The notes beneath the pieces are model-generated. The model had not been told where the DNA came from. It searched no databases and was given only the letters and a program-made list of their open reading frames with translations. The position numbers and the translations under genes are program-made. DNA of 63,973 bases, filler included, from Octopus bimaculoides (Eukaryota): NCBI RefSeq assembly GCF_001194135.2. It is 7 parts of 6 records of this genome, joined end to end, with 100 filler letters (N's around TTAATTAATTAA, not from the genome) between each part and the next. Parts side by side here need not be neighbours in the genome. Positions count along the whole stretch, not along the records: positions 1 to 15,810 come from NC_068999.1; 6 more parts are not named here. The stretch is one strand, 5' to 3'. Shown one piece after another: positions 1-12,200 of the stretch. Position 1 is the stretch's first letter. Every line of letters starts with the position of its first letter.

Positions 1-384
1 ATATATATATGCATGTATATATATATATATAAATATACGTGTATATATATATATATAAATATACGTGTATATATGTGTCTGTGTTTTCATATATATACAC
101 ATATCTATCTATATATTGTTCCGGAATTATATGAAAGTGTATGGAATAATATAGCAGTTGAATAAACTTAAAACGTGGTCTGGTTTTCACGTTTTTATTA
201 TAGTACTTGAAAATTAAAAAAAAAGAATTAATGTTCATAATGCTAAATTACCGCTTTCATGCATAGTGTAATAATCAGATTAAAAATCTGTTGAACTGAC
301 AGTTGAGTTTTTGACAATTTTATTACCTCTGAGTACGCTCCAACAGGCTATATTTTTAGAATACCTTTTTCACCCATCCGCATG

Positions 385-1512
385 CATTTTAAACACCACG
401 GTTTGCCAGGCGTACCGATATTCTGTAACTTGTTGATGCTTTTATGGTAGACATATTTTTTTTATCCTCATTGTTAACTAGTTATCATATTACTGTTATT
501 TCTGTTCAGAACAGATTTTAACATTTTAATAAACCGATTGTTTTTTATCTTTCTTTCAACCTCATTTGTGTCGTGTAGTTTGTGGAAAGGAAAAATTAGA
601 GTCATTTTCTGACCTCATGACTCTCTGAGCACCAGTACCTAAATTTAAAATCATGGCACACAGCACATTCAAAATGCAACATCCTGTACTGTCTAACCAG
701 CAAAATGTGTACTATAGTCGATGATCCAAATGCCACAAACACATGACTTATAGAACTCAAATTATTTCTGCTCAAGCAACATTGCCTTCTCCTACTTATA
801 GAATTTAGCATACAACGAGCAAAGGAGATACCTATAGAATGACTGAGAGTCACACGAAAAAGACCAACCCATGAAAGGAACAAAATACCATTTTTAGTAA
901 CACACAACCCACATCATCAAAACGTTTCTAACAACCTCAAAACAAATTTGGCAATCAATAAACAAAGTAATAAATTTTAAAAAAATCATAACTAATCAAG
1001 CACTTATCTTAAGCAAAAGGCAACTACATAATCTAAAGAAACTATTAACAAAGGCAAAATTTCTACCTGGACAATGAGGATAACACATTCACAGTGTAAT
1101 GATAACACACGTCGAACGGGTCAATACATGCATACGGACAACAATTGGACAGCTTTTCATGAATGTAGAAATGAACTGTAAACGCAGAAATATGATATAA
1201 TGCATTAAATGACCAAATTACGAGGTATTATATAGGCGAGATGGACAATGCAGTATCGGTATGCTCACGAGTCCACAGACAACAAATCCGGAATACCAAT
1301 GTTCACCAGATTCAATTGAGTGAACATATAGAGACATATGGTCAGAAAATATTTCTATTTTTTCCTTTCCACGAACTACATGACACAAGTAAGGATGGAT
1401 GAGATATAAAAGAAAAAAAACTGTTTATTAAAAGTTTCAAACCTGTTCCGTACGGAAATAACAGCAATAACATAACAATCGGCAAGCCTAGCAAACCGTG
1501 ATGTTTAAGATG
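385..1512 (+). mobile_element. Degraded 5'-truncated Penelope-like retroelement (end of RT + GIY-YIG endonuclease) with an inverted terminal duplication
   Basis: Manual translation of ~625-1450 (with stops and frameshifts) gives QYLNLKSWHTAHSKCNILYCLTSKMCTIV, IPFLVTHNP, YYIGEMD, RVHRQQIRN and LSEHIETYGQKIFLFFPF...KEKKLFIKSFKP. These match PLE RT-thumb/linker and GIY-YIG motifs. 385-614 is an imperfect reverse complement of ~1338-1512. Confidence 0.75.
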
Positions 1513-1700
1513 TTCTTGTATTGTAATTGTTTCTTTGCAATGTTGCTGTCTCGGTAATTTGATTGGATATGCATGGTTCGGGTTCCTTCGTTCGAATAAG
1601 TTTAGAACAAAGAAGCAGTAACATGAAACCCAAGTGCATATTTACTTCGTCAATAGTTCGATTTCAGCTTTTCACCTCTACAACAATAGACACAATATTG

Positions 1701-1743
<43 letters not shown>

Positions 1744-2229
1744 NNNNNNNNNNNNNNNNNNNNNNNNNNNNNNNNNNNNNNNNNNNNNNNNNNNNNNNNN
1801 NNNNNNNNNNNNNNNNNNNNNNNNNNNNNNNNNNNNNNNNNNNNNNNNNNNNNNNNNNNNNNNNNNNNNNNNNNNNNNNNNNNNNNNNNNNNNNNNNNNN
1901 NNNNNNNNNNNNNNNNNNNNNNNNNNNNNNNNNNNNNNNNNNNNNNNNNNNNNNNNNNNNNNNNNNNNNNNNNNNNNNNNNNNNNNNNNNNNNNNNNNNN
2001 NNNNNNNNNNNNNNNNNNNNNNNNNNNNNNNNNNNNNNNNNNNNNNNNNNNNNNNNNNNNNNNNNNNNNNNNNNNNNNNATATATATATAAAAGCACTAG
2101 GACAACTCTTTGAAATAAGAATAATCGTTTGGTGAAATAACATTAATTGTTGTTATTGTTGTTATCATTGTTGTTGTTGTTATCATTATTTACATTCGTC
2201 GGATAATTGTCCTCATCCTGTTTGTTGTT

Positions 2230-2275
2230 AACACAACGTTTCGGCTGATAGACCATACAGCCTTCTTCGGGTTTC
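2230..2275 (-). ncRNA. Mutated copy of the same hammerhead motif
   Basis: Minus strand reads GAAAC-CCGAAGA-A-GGCTG-TATGGTCTAT-CAGCC-GAAA-CGTT-GTGTT. It carries U4>C in the core and a stem I mismatch. Confidence 0.55.
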
Positions 2276-2829
2276 TTGGGGAAATTTCGAACCTGGTTTC
2301 TCATTCCTAAGGTAGTTTTCGATGTTGTTATTAATATAATAATTATTATTATTATGCATGTCACTGCTTGGAATCGAAATCGGAATATTGGGGTTAGTAG
2401 CACTTTTAACCACCACGCCATATGCCCGTGGGCAATTATGGAGTGAATTTTAGGGTTTAAAAATCTAATATTTTTCTATCCTTCCTAAATACCGGTTTCC
2501 ATATGCACTCGGTCTGCTTAGGAGTTTGTTGTATCTTAGCATATGTGCTGCTACTTTTAGTTTTCCTATTTTCCAGTTGTCTTCCCCGTCTATTATTTTT
2601 AACTTCATCCCACAGGGGGAAGTAGTTTCCATTTTTCCATACATGATCAGCTATACCCGATTTATCAATATCTCCTCGTGTCTGAGCTTTGCGATGTTCA
2701 CCTACCCTTATTTTGAGGGGGCGACATGTTTCGCTTTTGTATAACCTACCACAGCTGCATGGGATGGAGTAACCCCAAGATCCCGAGTTCGATTCCAAGC
2801 AGTGACCTTAACAACAACACCAACACCAA

Positions 2830-2871
2830 CAACAATAATAATAAAGATAATAATAATAATAATAATAATAA

Positions 2872-2941
<70 letters not shown>

Positions 2942-3095
2942 AAGAAGAAGAAGAAGAAGAAGAAGAAGAACAATAATAATAATAATGATGATAATAATAA
3001 TAATAATAATAATGATAATAATAATAATAATAATAATANNNNNNNNNNGAACAATAATAATAATAATGATGATAATAATAATAATAATAATAATG

Positions 3096-3138
<43 letters not shown>
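2830..3138. repeat. Compound (AAT)n-(AAG)n-(AAT)n microsatellite inside the pseudo-LTR
   Basis: Seen directly; contains a short N gap near 3040. Confidence 0.95.
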
Positions 3139-3140
<2 letters not shown>

Positions 3141-3183
3141 TCGAAAAATATCTTAGGAGAACCCAGGTTCGAAATTTCCCCAA

Positions 3184-3229
3184 GACACCTGAAGAAGGCT
3201 GGAGAGTATATCAGCCGAAACGTTGTGTT
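3184..3229 (+). ncRNA. Minimal type I hammerhead ribozyme motif (PLE-type)
   Basis: CTGAAGA 3189-3195; extra A; stem II GGCTG 3197-3201 / CAGCC 3212-3216; GAAA 3217-3220; palindromic ACGT stem III; stem I GACAC/GTGTT. The fold was derived by eye and activity is untested. Confidence 0.65.
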
Positions 3230-4203
3230 AACAACACACACGATGAGGATATAAATAATGTACATGATTCCTCATCTCTTAAATACAGAACTGTTGCTAT
3301 CATTGTTGCTGATGTTTTCGTTCGTGTTGTTATTCTTGATTTTGCTGTCTGTTCTTGATTGTCGTTTCTTGGCTTACATATCAGCCTTAGTGGACCAGAT
3401 GAACTTCTATACGTGATTTCCAGGTTTGCTTATCGGCAAAACAGCATCTGTGTCATGCAATGCAATCTGTTTACAAAGAGCCACGTTCACGCGATTTCAT
3501 GATAAAAACTTAGCAGGACAAACAGTTACTAAATCTGCAAATAATATCATGGAATACGTTTTGGAGCCACAGCCCAGAATCTAAGCACGGAACAATGATA
3601 CAGTAAGATCCAGCAATAAGATCCTGAAACTGTATCATTTCTAGTTCCCTGCTGCAAATACACGGAAGAAAATATTGATTATTCGTTTTGGCACAAGGTA
3701 CTTGGGAATGATTACTTTTCCCGATCGATATAAAACATGATATGCAACGAATTTGCCATTTTTCTTCAGTCTCATTCCGGAATAAACAACAGGAAATTCT
3801 TTCTTGTTCAACTATTGTCTAACCTTCGAAAGCTAATATTAAGTTTCCAGCAAATTCATTTCTTCGGCGTTTGTTTCCCTCTCTATCTCCGTCTGTCTAT
3901 CGATCTCTCTATCCCTTCCCTCTCTCTCTCTCACACACTCTATCTGTCTCTATTCTCTTCTCTTTCTCTCTCTTCACTCTCACTGTTCTTTCGTTCTCTC
4001 ACTTCAAATATATACCGTATTTAGCTGTGATTTGCTTTTATTTTTATTCCTTTCATTTTACTATATAGTACAACAGTTTGTTATTTTTCGCAACTAATCT
4101 ATCAACTTTATCTTTATAGATATGTTCCTGTCATCAGATATGTCGGTGGTATTTGAAGAAAAAAAATAAAGGAAGTTAAGGATGTGAAAAACAACATCAA
4201 TCA

Positions 4204-4276
<73 letters not shown>

Positions 4277-4305
4277 CACTACTACTACTACTACGACGAC
4301 GACGA
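4204..4305. repeat. (ACT)n microsatellite grading into (ACG)n
   Basis: Seen directly. Confidence 0.95.
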
Positions 4306-5437
4306 CTTCTCATACAAATGTTATTAGCATTTCTTTATAATGCGAATGATATAAATGGTAGTGTACCTAACGTTCATGAAATAATTGATAATGAACATGA
4401 TGAGGGTAGCAAAGGCAATGTCGGTGGTCGAGATGTTGAATGTAGTAGACTCATTGGAAAGGGTGGTTAAGTTGGTGTTGGTGAACTTTAAAACAGGAAA
4501 TATATTCGTCAGATATGTAGGAGTTGACAAACCATAGACAACAACTGACTTTAGTTTCGACTGATGTTTTCCAACTGAAAGAAAAAAATTAAATATAACA
4601 AATGAAAGCATAAAATAAATGGAAATTCTAAAAAAAACAAAAAAAAAACTAGAATACGATATAACAGAAACTATACAAAAATTTAGAAAAAAAAAAACAT
4701 AACTGAGATATGAACATAGAGTAATAGATTTAATCAACGGATATCTTAAGAATTCATTAACTATCTAGACACGAAAAAAATAATTTAAAATTTTGTAGAA
4801 AAACACTTGCAAGCTAAGTCAGATTGATACACATACATATGTGTACGAACACATACTGCAAACACACAATTCACACACCTACACACATACGAATATATCT
4901 GCATATATATATATATANNNNNNNNNNNNNNNNNNNNNNNNNNNNNNNNNNNNNNNNNNNNNNNNNNNNNNNNNNNNNNNNNNNNNNNNNNNNNNNNNNN
5001 NNNNNNNNNNNNNNNNNNNNNNNNNNNNNNNNNNNNNNNNNNNNNNNNNNNNNNNNNNNNNNNNNNNNNNNNNNNNNNNNNNNNNNNNNNNNNNNNNNNN
5101 NNNNNNNNNNNNNNNNNNNNNNNNNNNNNNNNNNNNNNNNNNNNNNNNNNNNNNNNNNNNNNNNNNNNNNNNNNNNNNNNNNNNNNNNNNNNNNNNNNNN
5201 NNNNNNNNNNNNNNNNNNNNNNNNNNNNNNNNNNNNNNNNNNNNNNNNNNNNNNNNNNNNNNNNNNNNNNNNNNNNNNNNNNNNNNNNNNNNNNNNNNNN
5301 NNNNNNNNNNNNNNNNNNNNNNNNNNNNNNNNNNNNNNNNNNNNNNNNNNNNNNNNNNNNNNNNNNNNNTATATATACATATGTATCTAAATATATTTAT
5401 CTATTCATCTCTCTCTGTATATATGTATACACATACA

Positions 5438-5477
<40 letters not shown>

Positions 5478-8400
5478 TGTGTGTGTATACATGTATATCA
5501 ATATATCTATTTGTTTGTGTGAGTGCACGCGCCCACGTGTGTAATATTGTCAGTAATATTTCTTTACTATATAGGTGGTTTTGATCCTTTCATTATCAAT
5601 AGTTGCAAATAATTCGGTAACGTCATCAGATATAATTGAGTGGGATGTCTTCAATATAAAAATGTAGCTTTATGTACATAGGATGTGACATTTACGCATC
5701 AGCTATGTAAAGTAAAAGAGAGGTGTTTAAACTGTATATGATTTTTTATATTTCATTTTCGTTTCAGACAATTCCAAAACGAGCACTTATAACTAAATTT
5801 AACGTGTAAAATTATCCAATATCAAACAAGATATATGAACGGCTTCTTAATAAATATTCCGCAAAATGCAATTAGGTTTCTCGCATAAATTGTACGAGCA
5901 AAAATATACACACGTAAAATGAATTCATGTTTAGTTCTATAGGCGTAAAAAAAAGAAGAAAACTTACAAGAAACTCAAATATTGTTATGGCTTTGTTAAT
6001 TGTATATTTAAATCCAATGATATACGCTCATTACGCAAACTCGCGATTTTGCTGCATGCATCGTTAAGTAACGGTGGCATTGCTCACATTATGTGACATT
6101 AAATATACGCGTTTCTGTATACGTTTTGTGTGTTCGTGAGTGGGTGTTGGTGCGTGCGAGCATATATANNNNNNNNNNNNNNNNNNNNNNNNNNNNNNNN
6201 NNNNNNNNNNNNNNNNNNNNNNNNNNNNNNNNNNNNNNNNNNNNNNNNNNNNNNNNNNNNNNNNNNNNNNNNNNNNNNNNNNNNNNNNNNNNNNNNNNNN
6301 NNNNNNNNNNNNNNNNNNNNNNNNNNNNNNNNNNNNNNNNNNNNNNNNNNNNNNNNNNNNNNNNNNNNNNNNNNNNNNNNNNNNNNNNNNNNNNNNNNNN
6401 NNNNNNNNNNNNNNNNNNNNNNNNNNNNNNNNNNNNNNNNNNNNNNNNNNNNNNNNNNNNNNNNNNNNNNNNNNNNNNNNNNNNNNNNNNNNNNNNNNNN
6501 NATATATATATATATATATAACTTCACCATTGCGATACCAAAGATATCGTGTAGAACTCAATATATGCGTTTCTTCACAAAGTGTTTGTTGACGAAAAAA
6601 CGGTAATAGTATTTGCATGCGCATGTGTATGTATGTATGTATGTATGTATATAAATATCATTGAGTGAAATTGAATACAAAATGAAAAAAAGAGTCGAAA
6701 GAAACCCCCAAAACCATTTGATACGATACAGTAACGATTGTGGCAATATTTTTATCTATGATTATTTTGCCTACATATGCATCAACTCCCTTCTATTCTA
6801 ACGCTCTACTTAATCTCAATTAATTCAACGCTTGTTTTTTCATTGCTGCTTAAATAAACTAATATACTCCACTCGTTCAAAATTGTTCTAATTCACTCTT
6901 CAATATCTATTTATTGACTCTGCTATTAAAGCTAATATTTTCTGTTACCTCTTTGACAGCTAATGGCAATTAACAGAATGCTGGAAGGAAGTTAATGCAT
7001 TAAAATACCAGATGTTTGAATTTGCTAGCTGAAAGAATCAGTTTTCCCTTATGCTGAGGAAATAGAGCAAACTATTTATTATGCAATTCAAAGGTTTACT
7101 TCATGTTTGTTCCGGCCCTATATATTCTGCGGTCTAATCTCATAAGTGACAGTGTTGCCCCTAAGGATTGATAAAATTCAGTAGTAATAAAGTATTGCTT
7201 TTGATATAAGCAATTGTATTCCTCTGCCAATCTTTCATAGCTTCCATTTATATTTCAAAAATTAATTACAAATAAATGCATATTTTGTCACTTATTCTAT
7301 TTACTTAACAGAGAGGGAGAGATCTGTTGAAGAAAGATATTACACACCATTAATTTAAAGAGAAATAACATTACCATGCAAGTCGATACAAAATCCTGAA
7401 CATCATGTTGCACATTGCCTAAACTTTGCATTAACTATTCCAGCCAATATACAGTCTACTTAATAACAATTACGATCTTAAAATAACGTTATATAACAAG
7501 TATTGATAATAAGATAATATTTTAGTTACATTCGTGAAATTTTAGTCAAGCTGGGGTAGCGGGAAACCACGAATAGATTTGAAACATTATAAACAGCAAG
7601 TCTATGCTGTCGAAATTTGTTATATATACACTCAAATATATTGTTCAACATGAGAAATCATACACTTTGTGTTCTGCAGAAGATACTTCTAGTCAAAAAG
7701 AAATAACTGAAGCAAAACTAATAATTTAATGTATACTGTAACTGCACTGTTGTCATCTTCCATCAAATTTGTCAAAGACTTAAATCGATCACGTGGATCA
7801 CAATCCATATTTATTCCATTTCCATGAGCTAAAATAATAGTTTCTGTCATTCAGAACTGGTTACTGCCATAGCTTCTCCACTTTAGCACCTGATATCCAC
7901 TATTCTCTCCACTTCCTATAGCTTTTTGCATCAAGTGCATCTGAACGTGTACTAATCAAACTTTTTCAGTCCAGCCTTTTTTGAACATCAACTCGCTTTA
8001 ATTATTTTGATTCTCAAGTATTTTCGGTAAATATTAAACATGCAAATCTTGAAATCAACCGCTAACAAGTTTCAGCCGGAAGATGTCGTCATAAGCAGTG
8101 CTCCTTCTTTTAAACACACAAGGCTTATTTATGTTTGTGCACGTGCGTGTGTGTGTTTGCATGCCTGAGTGTGTCTGTGTGTGCGCGAGTTTGTATGTAT
8201 TCGGTAAGGCCGTGACAGTTAGGACGTCTGAGCGTGCTTACAGATGACAGGCTTCGGCATATTATTGTCATATATATTTTCCACTTCACATGCAACACTA
8301 TAGAATTGCGTGAAGTAGCCTAGTATCACCCGCTATCCAGTAGATACAGACGGGTGTTTGATACGCACAAATTAAGAGTCGCTTTCATCTGTACGATCAG

Positions 8401-9370
8401 TGTTAAAAATATTTTCGCGAGCATCCCCATACAGGCTTCACTTTGCTTGCTCATTGGAAGGTTGATGCAATTTCGAGGTCATGGTCTAAGAGGCCGAGGT
8501 GGTACCCAACACTACCTGGCAGAAACGGCAGCAGCAACAACGATAACAGCAAAAGTGTGTCCGGCAATAACAGAAACAACGGTAGCGATAACATCAGCTG
8601 GCCAGGAACTAACAGCACAGTAGCTGCTGGAGTGATGGTGGCAGCTACAACGGCGACTACAGCGCGTCCGATAGTAATAGAAGCACCGGCAATGCTTACG
8701 ACAAGAAAAGCAGCAAGTGAAGCACAGTAACATCTGCAGCAGGAGCGATTGTAGTGGCAACAATACCACCACCACCACCACCAGCAGCAGCAGCAGCAGC
8801 TTAACGGTACTGACACAGACTTTTGTTGGAACTACAGAGGGTGCGAGTAAGCGAAATGTTCTTTAGGATCCCAGAGAAGCGTAGCGGAACGTTCTTAGCC
8901 TTCTACGAATGACATCTAGAAGGGAGCACGCCATACATAATTAAATGTAAACTCATGAAACAACCTGTGCCATGACTTTATGAGAGCAGACGTTGTAGAC
9001 TTTGCTTGATCAAGGCAACCAGGAGCTTGAGGAACTCGCTTGTTCCTTCTTCAATTCCAAATTTGAACTTTTTATTTAGTGCTTTCGTCAGAGAAAATTC
9101 GTGTTCGAAAATATAGAATTACATTTGTACATATATATATAAGCCCACACAAACACACATCTTCAAACTACTAGTTAAACACCAAATTCTCCTACGCGCA
9201 TGTGAAGGGACACACTACACAAAAGCCAGCTACTCCTAGTATATATTCATCCTATGATATTAAGCGACACAAGGTTAACTCACACATAGGCATAGATACA
9301 GACAAAACCTCACACACACACACACAACACATACATACAAATAGGCACACACATGTGCTATTATTACAGA

Positions 9371-9406
<36 letters not shown>

Positions 9407-9479
9407 CCTGCGCGCACGCATATACCCACACATACACCCACATACCTTCCTCTCTTACACTGTCCTGTCTTAGAAAGAG

Positions 9480-9720
9480 CTTTTTTCTTCACCTATTCCC
9501 TTCCGGTCATTTCAAAATGTAACTACATGTGAGTCGTTGGCGATTTTCTTCCTCCGTCTTCCCTTATTTTAGACTTTCCTCTATTTCTGAAAAAGAGCTT
9601 TGCTCGAAAAATTAAGCCGTCTTCCTTACCTTTCCTGAGCGTCTGCCAATACAGTACATGTACTACGTCCTCGCCTTTTTTGTTTTTTCAAGTTTGTTCT
9701 TCTTGAGTGACTTAAAATTT
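9480..9720 (+). mobile_element. Decayed PLE-type terminal repeat with a hammerhead-like remnant
   Basis: CTGAAAA-A-GAGC-TTT-GCTC-GAAA at 9587-9609 has the same layout as the hammerhead modules at 3189 and 21511. Element boundaries are approximate. Confidence 0.35.
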
Positions 9721-11388
9721 GAACAATATGACAAGATGCTTAGGGCACGGCATTTTTCCTGGATCACTCCCTATTCTGCAAAATCCATCGTAATATTATT
9801 GTTCAAAATATTGCAATACTATGGAATTCAGTATTCAAATACGTCAATAAATATTATTCTTCCAAGGTGTGGCACAGCGTGCTTTGTCTTTCATTGGAAC
9901 AGTATATAGATCACTAATTAAAAGAGGGTCAAACGAGTTGAGATAATAATTATAAAGTGTTCGTCGAAACACAAAGGATAGTATTCAAAAGAGAAGATTG
10001 AGATTGATGAGTCGAAGTTTAACAAGTGTAGTCCTCTTGTTTCTATTGAGATAGGACACCACTAATTCAAAGTTATATATCTATAGTGAACTGAGTGTAT
10101 GCGCTTATATGTATGTATGTATGCATGTATGTATGTATGTATGTATGTATATAAGTATATATGTATGTGCGTATGTGTATATATATNNNNNNNNNNNNNN
10201 NNNNNNNNNNNNNNNNNNNNNNNNNNNNNNNNNNNNNNNNNNNNNNNNNNNNNNNNNNNNNNNNNNNNNNNNNNNNNNNNNNNNNNNNNNNNNNNNNNNN
10301 NNNNNNNNNNNNNNNNNNNNNNNNNNNNNNNNNNNNNNNNNNNNTATATATATGTGTGTGTGTATGTGTATGTGTGTGTGTGTGTGTGTGTGTTTGTGTG
10401 TAACATCGTGTGTGTGTGAGTGTATGCATATTAGTTAAAGTCAGTACTGTACACGTTTCACTGTGTTCAGTAGACATGCATGTGTGACATTAATTTCAAA
10501 AGACTGATACGCAAAGTGTTCGATGGTTAACGTCTAGATAACATGTACATTAATTGGTCGAATCCAATCTGATTGAATTCATATAGTATACAACTTCAAT
10601 GACTGTTTGAATATACACACAAATACACACACATATACACATATGTGTGTGTGCACGCGCGTACATATATACGCATCTCCACGAATATATATGTATCATG
10701 CATATATTTTAATGTGTGTGTCTTCCTTTTTGTGTTTGTGTGTACATGTGTACATATGTAACTGTGTATGCAAGGGTAAATGTATATTATGCAAAAGGAA
10801 AAGAGTTAAACAGCGACAATAGAAGAAAATGTTGTACAAATGTAATGAAATTTCTAAATTAAGGAAACGGCTTTGTCTAATAAAGTGAAGAACAAATAAA
10901 TATATGTGTGTTAAATGAGAATTTCTTCCTATCTTCATTAATATTGCCACCGTTTCGTTAACCAGACATTCTTAAGGTATCATTCGTAGAACTTTACTGC
11001 CGACGGCAAAGGGTGTAATACAACCGAATTGAAAGGAAATAAGAAAAAGCAAATTAAAACAAATTATATGAATAATGGCCTACACAGGCATTCACATAAA
11101 AACACGCGTAGGTAAACACATATAGACATATGCAAGTATATATGGAGTCGCGCTCATGTATAGAAATATATGTATTCGTGTGCGCATGTGTGTGTTTGTA
11201 TCTATTAACATACATTTATGTATTTCTCTATCGATATGGCTATATGTATGTGTGTATATATGTGTATGTGTATGTGTATGTTTGTGTGCATGTATATATG
11301 TATGAATGGATGTATATTAGTTAAAGTTGCATTCACCGTTAGTACTCGTTAAATCTTTCTTTTTTACATGTATATGAACACATATACA

Positions 11389-11426
<38 letters not shown>

Positions 11427-12034
11427 AGTGTATGTGTGTGTGTGTGTGTGTGTGTACGTGTGTGTGTACGTGTGTATGGATGCCTGTGTATACACATACT
11501 TACGAACACAAACTTAAGTACACGCACATATAAAGTACCACCACAAAGACATATTGTCTTGTCATCAGTTAATTTGCATTAGACATTAGATTTGACTACT
11601 AGGCTCCATTTTGCTTGTACTGCGCCCGAAGACATTGGTTAAATAACCATTTAGGTAAAGGGGGAAATATACGTACACGTACATACACACACTCACACGC
11701 CTATATATATATATATTTATATATATATATATATATATATNNNNNNNNNNNNNNNNNNNNNNNNNNNNNNNNNNNNNNNNNNNNNNNNNNNNNNNNNNNN
11801 NNNNNNNNNNNNNNNNNNNNNNNNNNNNNNNNNNNNNNNNNNNNNNNNNNNNNNNNNNNNNNNNNNNNNNNNNNNNNNNNNNNNNNNNNNNNNNNNNNNN
11901 NNNNNNNNNNNNNNNNNNNNNNNNNNNNNNNNNNNNNNNNNNNNNNNNNNNNNNNNNNNNTATATATATACGTGTGTGTGTGTGTGTGTGTTTACGTATG
12001 TATGTATATTAATAGATAAATAGATAGATAGATA

Positions 12035-12200
12035 TACGACAGGCTTCTTTTAGTTTCTGTCCATTCAATCGTATCATAAGTGTTTGGTTGGCTCGAGGCC
12101 ATATTACAAGAGACGTGCTCACGCTACCACGCTGTGGGGCAGAATTTCCAACAATGTGGTTGAGAAGTAAGCCTTTATGACGCAGTCAAGTCGGCGCCTT
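12035..12200 (-). mobile_element. Degraded tRNA-derived SINE head
   Basis: Visible similarity to 58310-58456(-) and 15984-16140(+), e.g. ACGACAGGCTTCTTTTAGTTTC. Confidence 0.55.

Larger units (their letters stand above)
2135..3290 (-). mobile_element. Penelope-like insertion: GIY-YIG fragment flanked by two inverted pseudo-LTR copies
   Basis: ORF 2457-2798(-) contains YSIPCSCGRLYKSETCRPLKIRVGEH...KSGIADHVW, a PLE GIY-YIG signature. ~2190-2400(-) and ~2770-3260(+) are inverted copies of one repeat (tRNA-like head, (AAT)n, conserved core). Confidence 0.8.

Noticed and set aside
1605-1640. Hammerhead remnant (AAGAAGCA-GTAACA-TGAAAC) downstream of the first PLE
   Set aside because: The core and stem II are too degraded to support without a family consensus.
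2370-2425. Functional tRNA gene
   Set aside because: A and B boxes are present, but there is no complete cloverleaf or acceptor stem and no Pol III terminator; treated as a repeat head.
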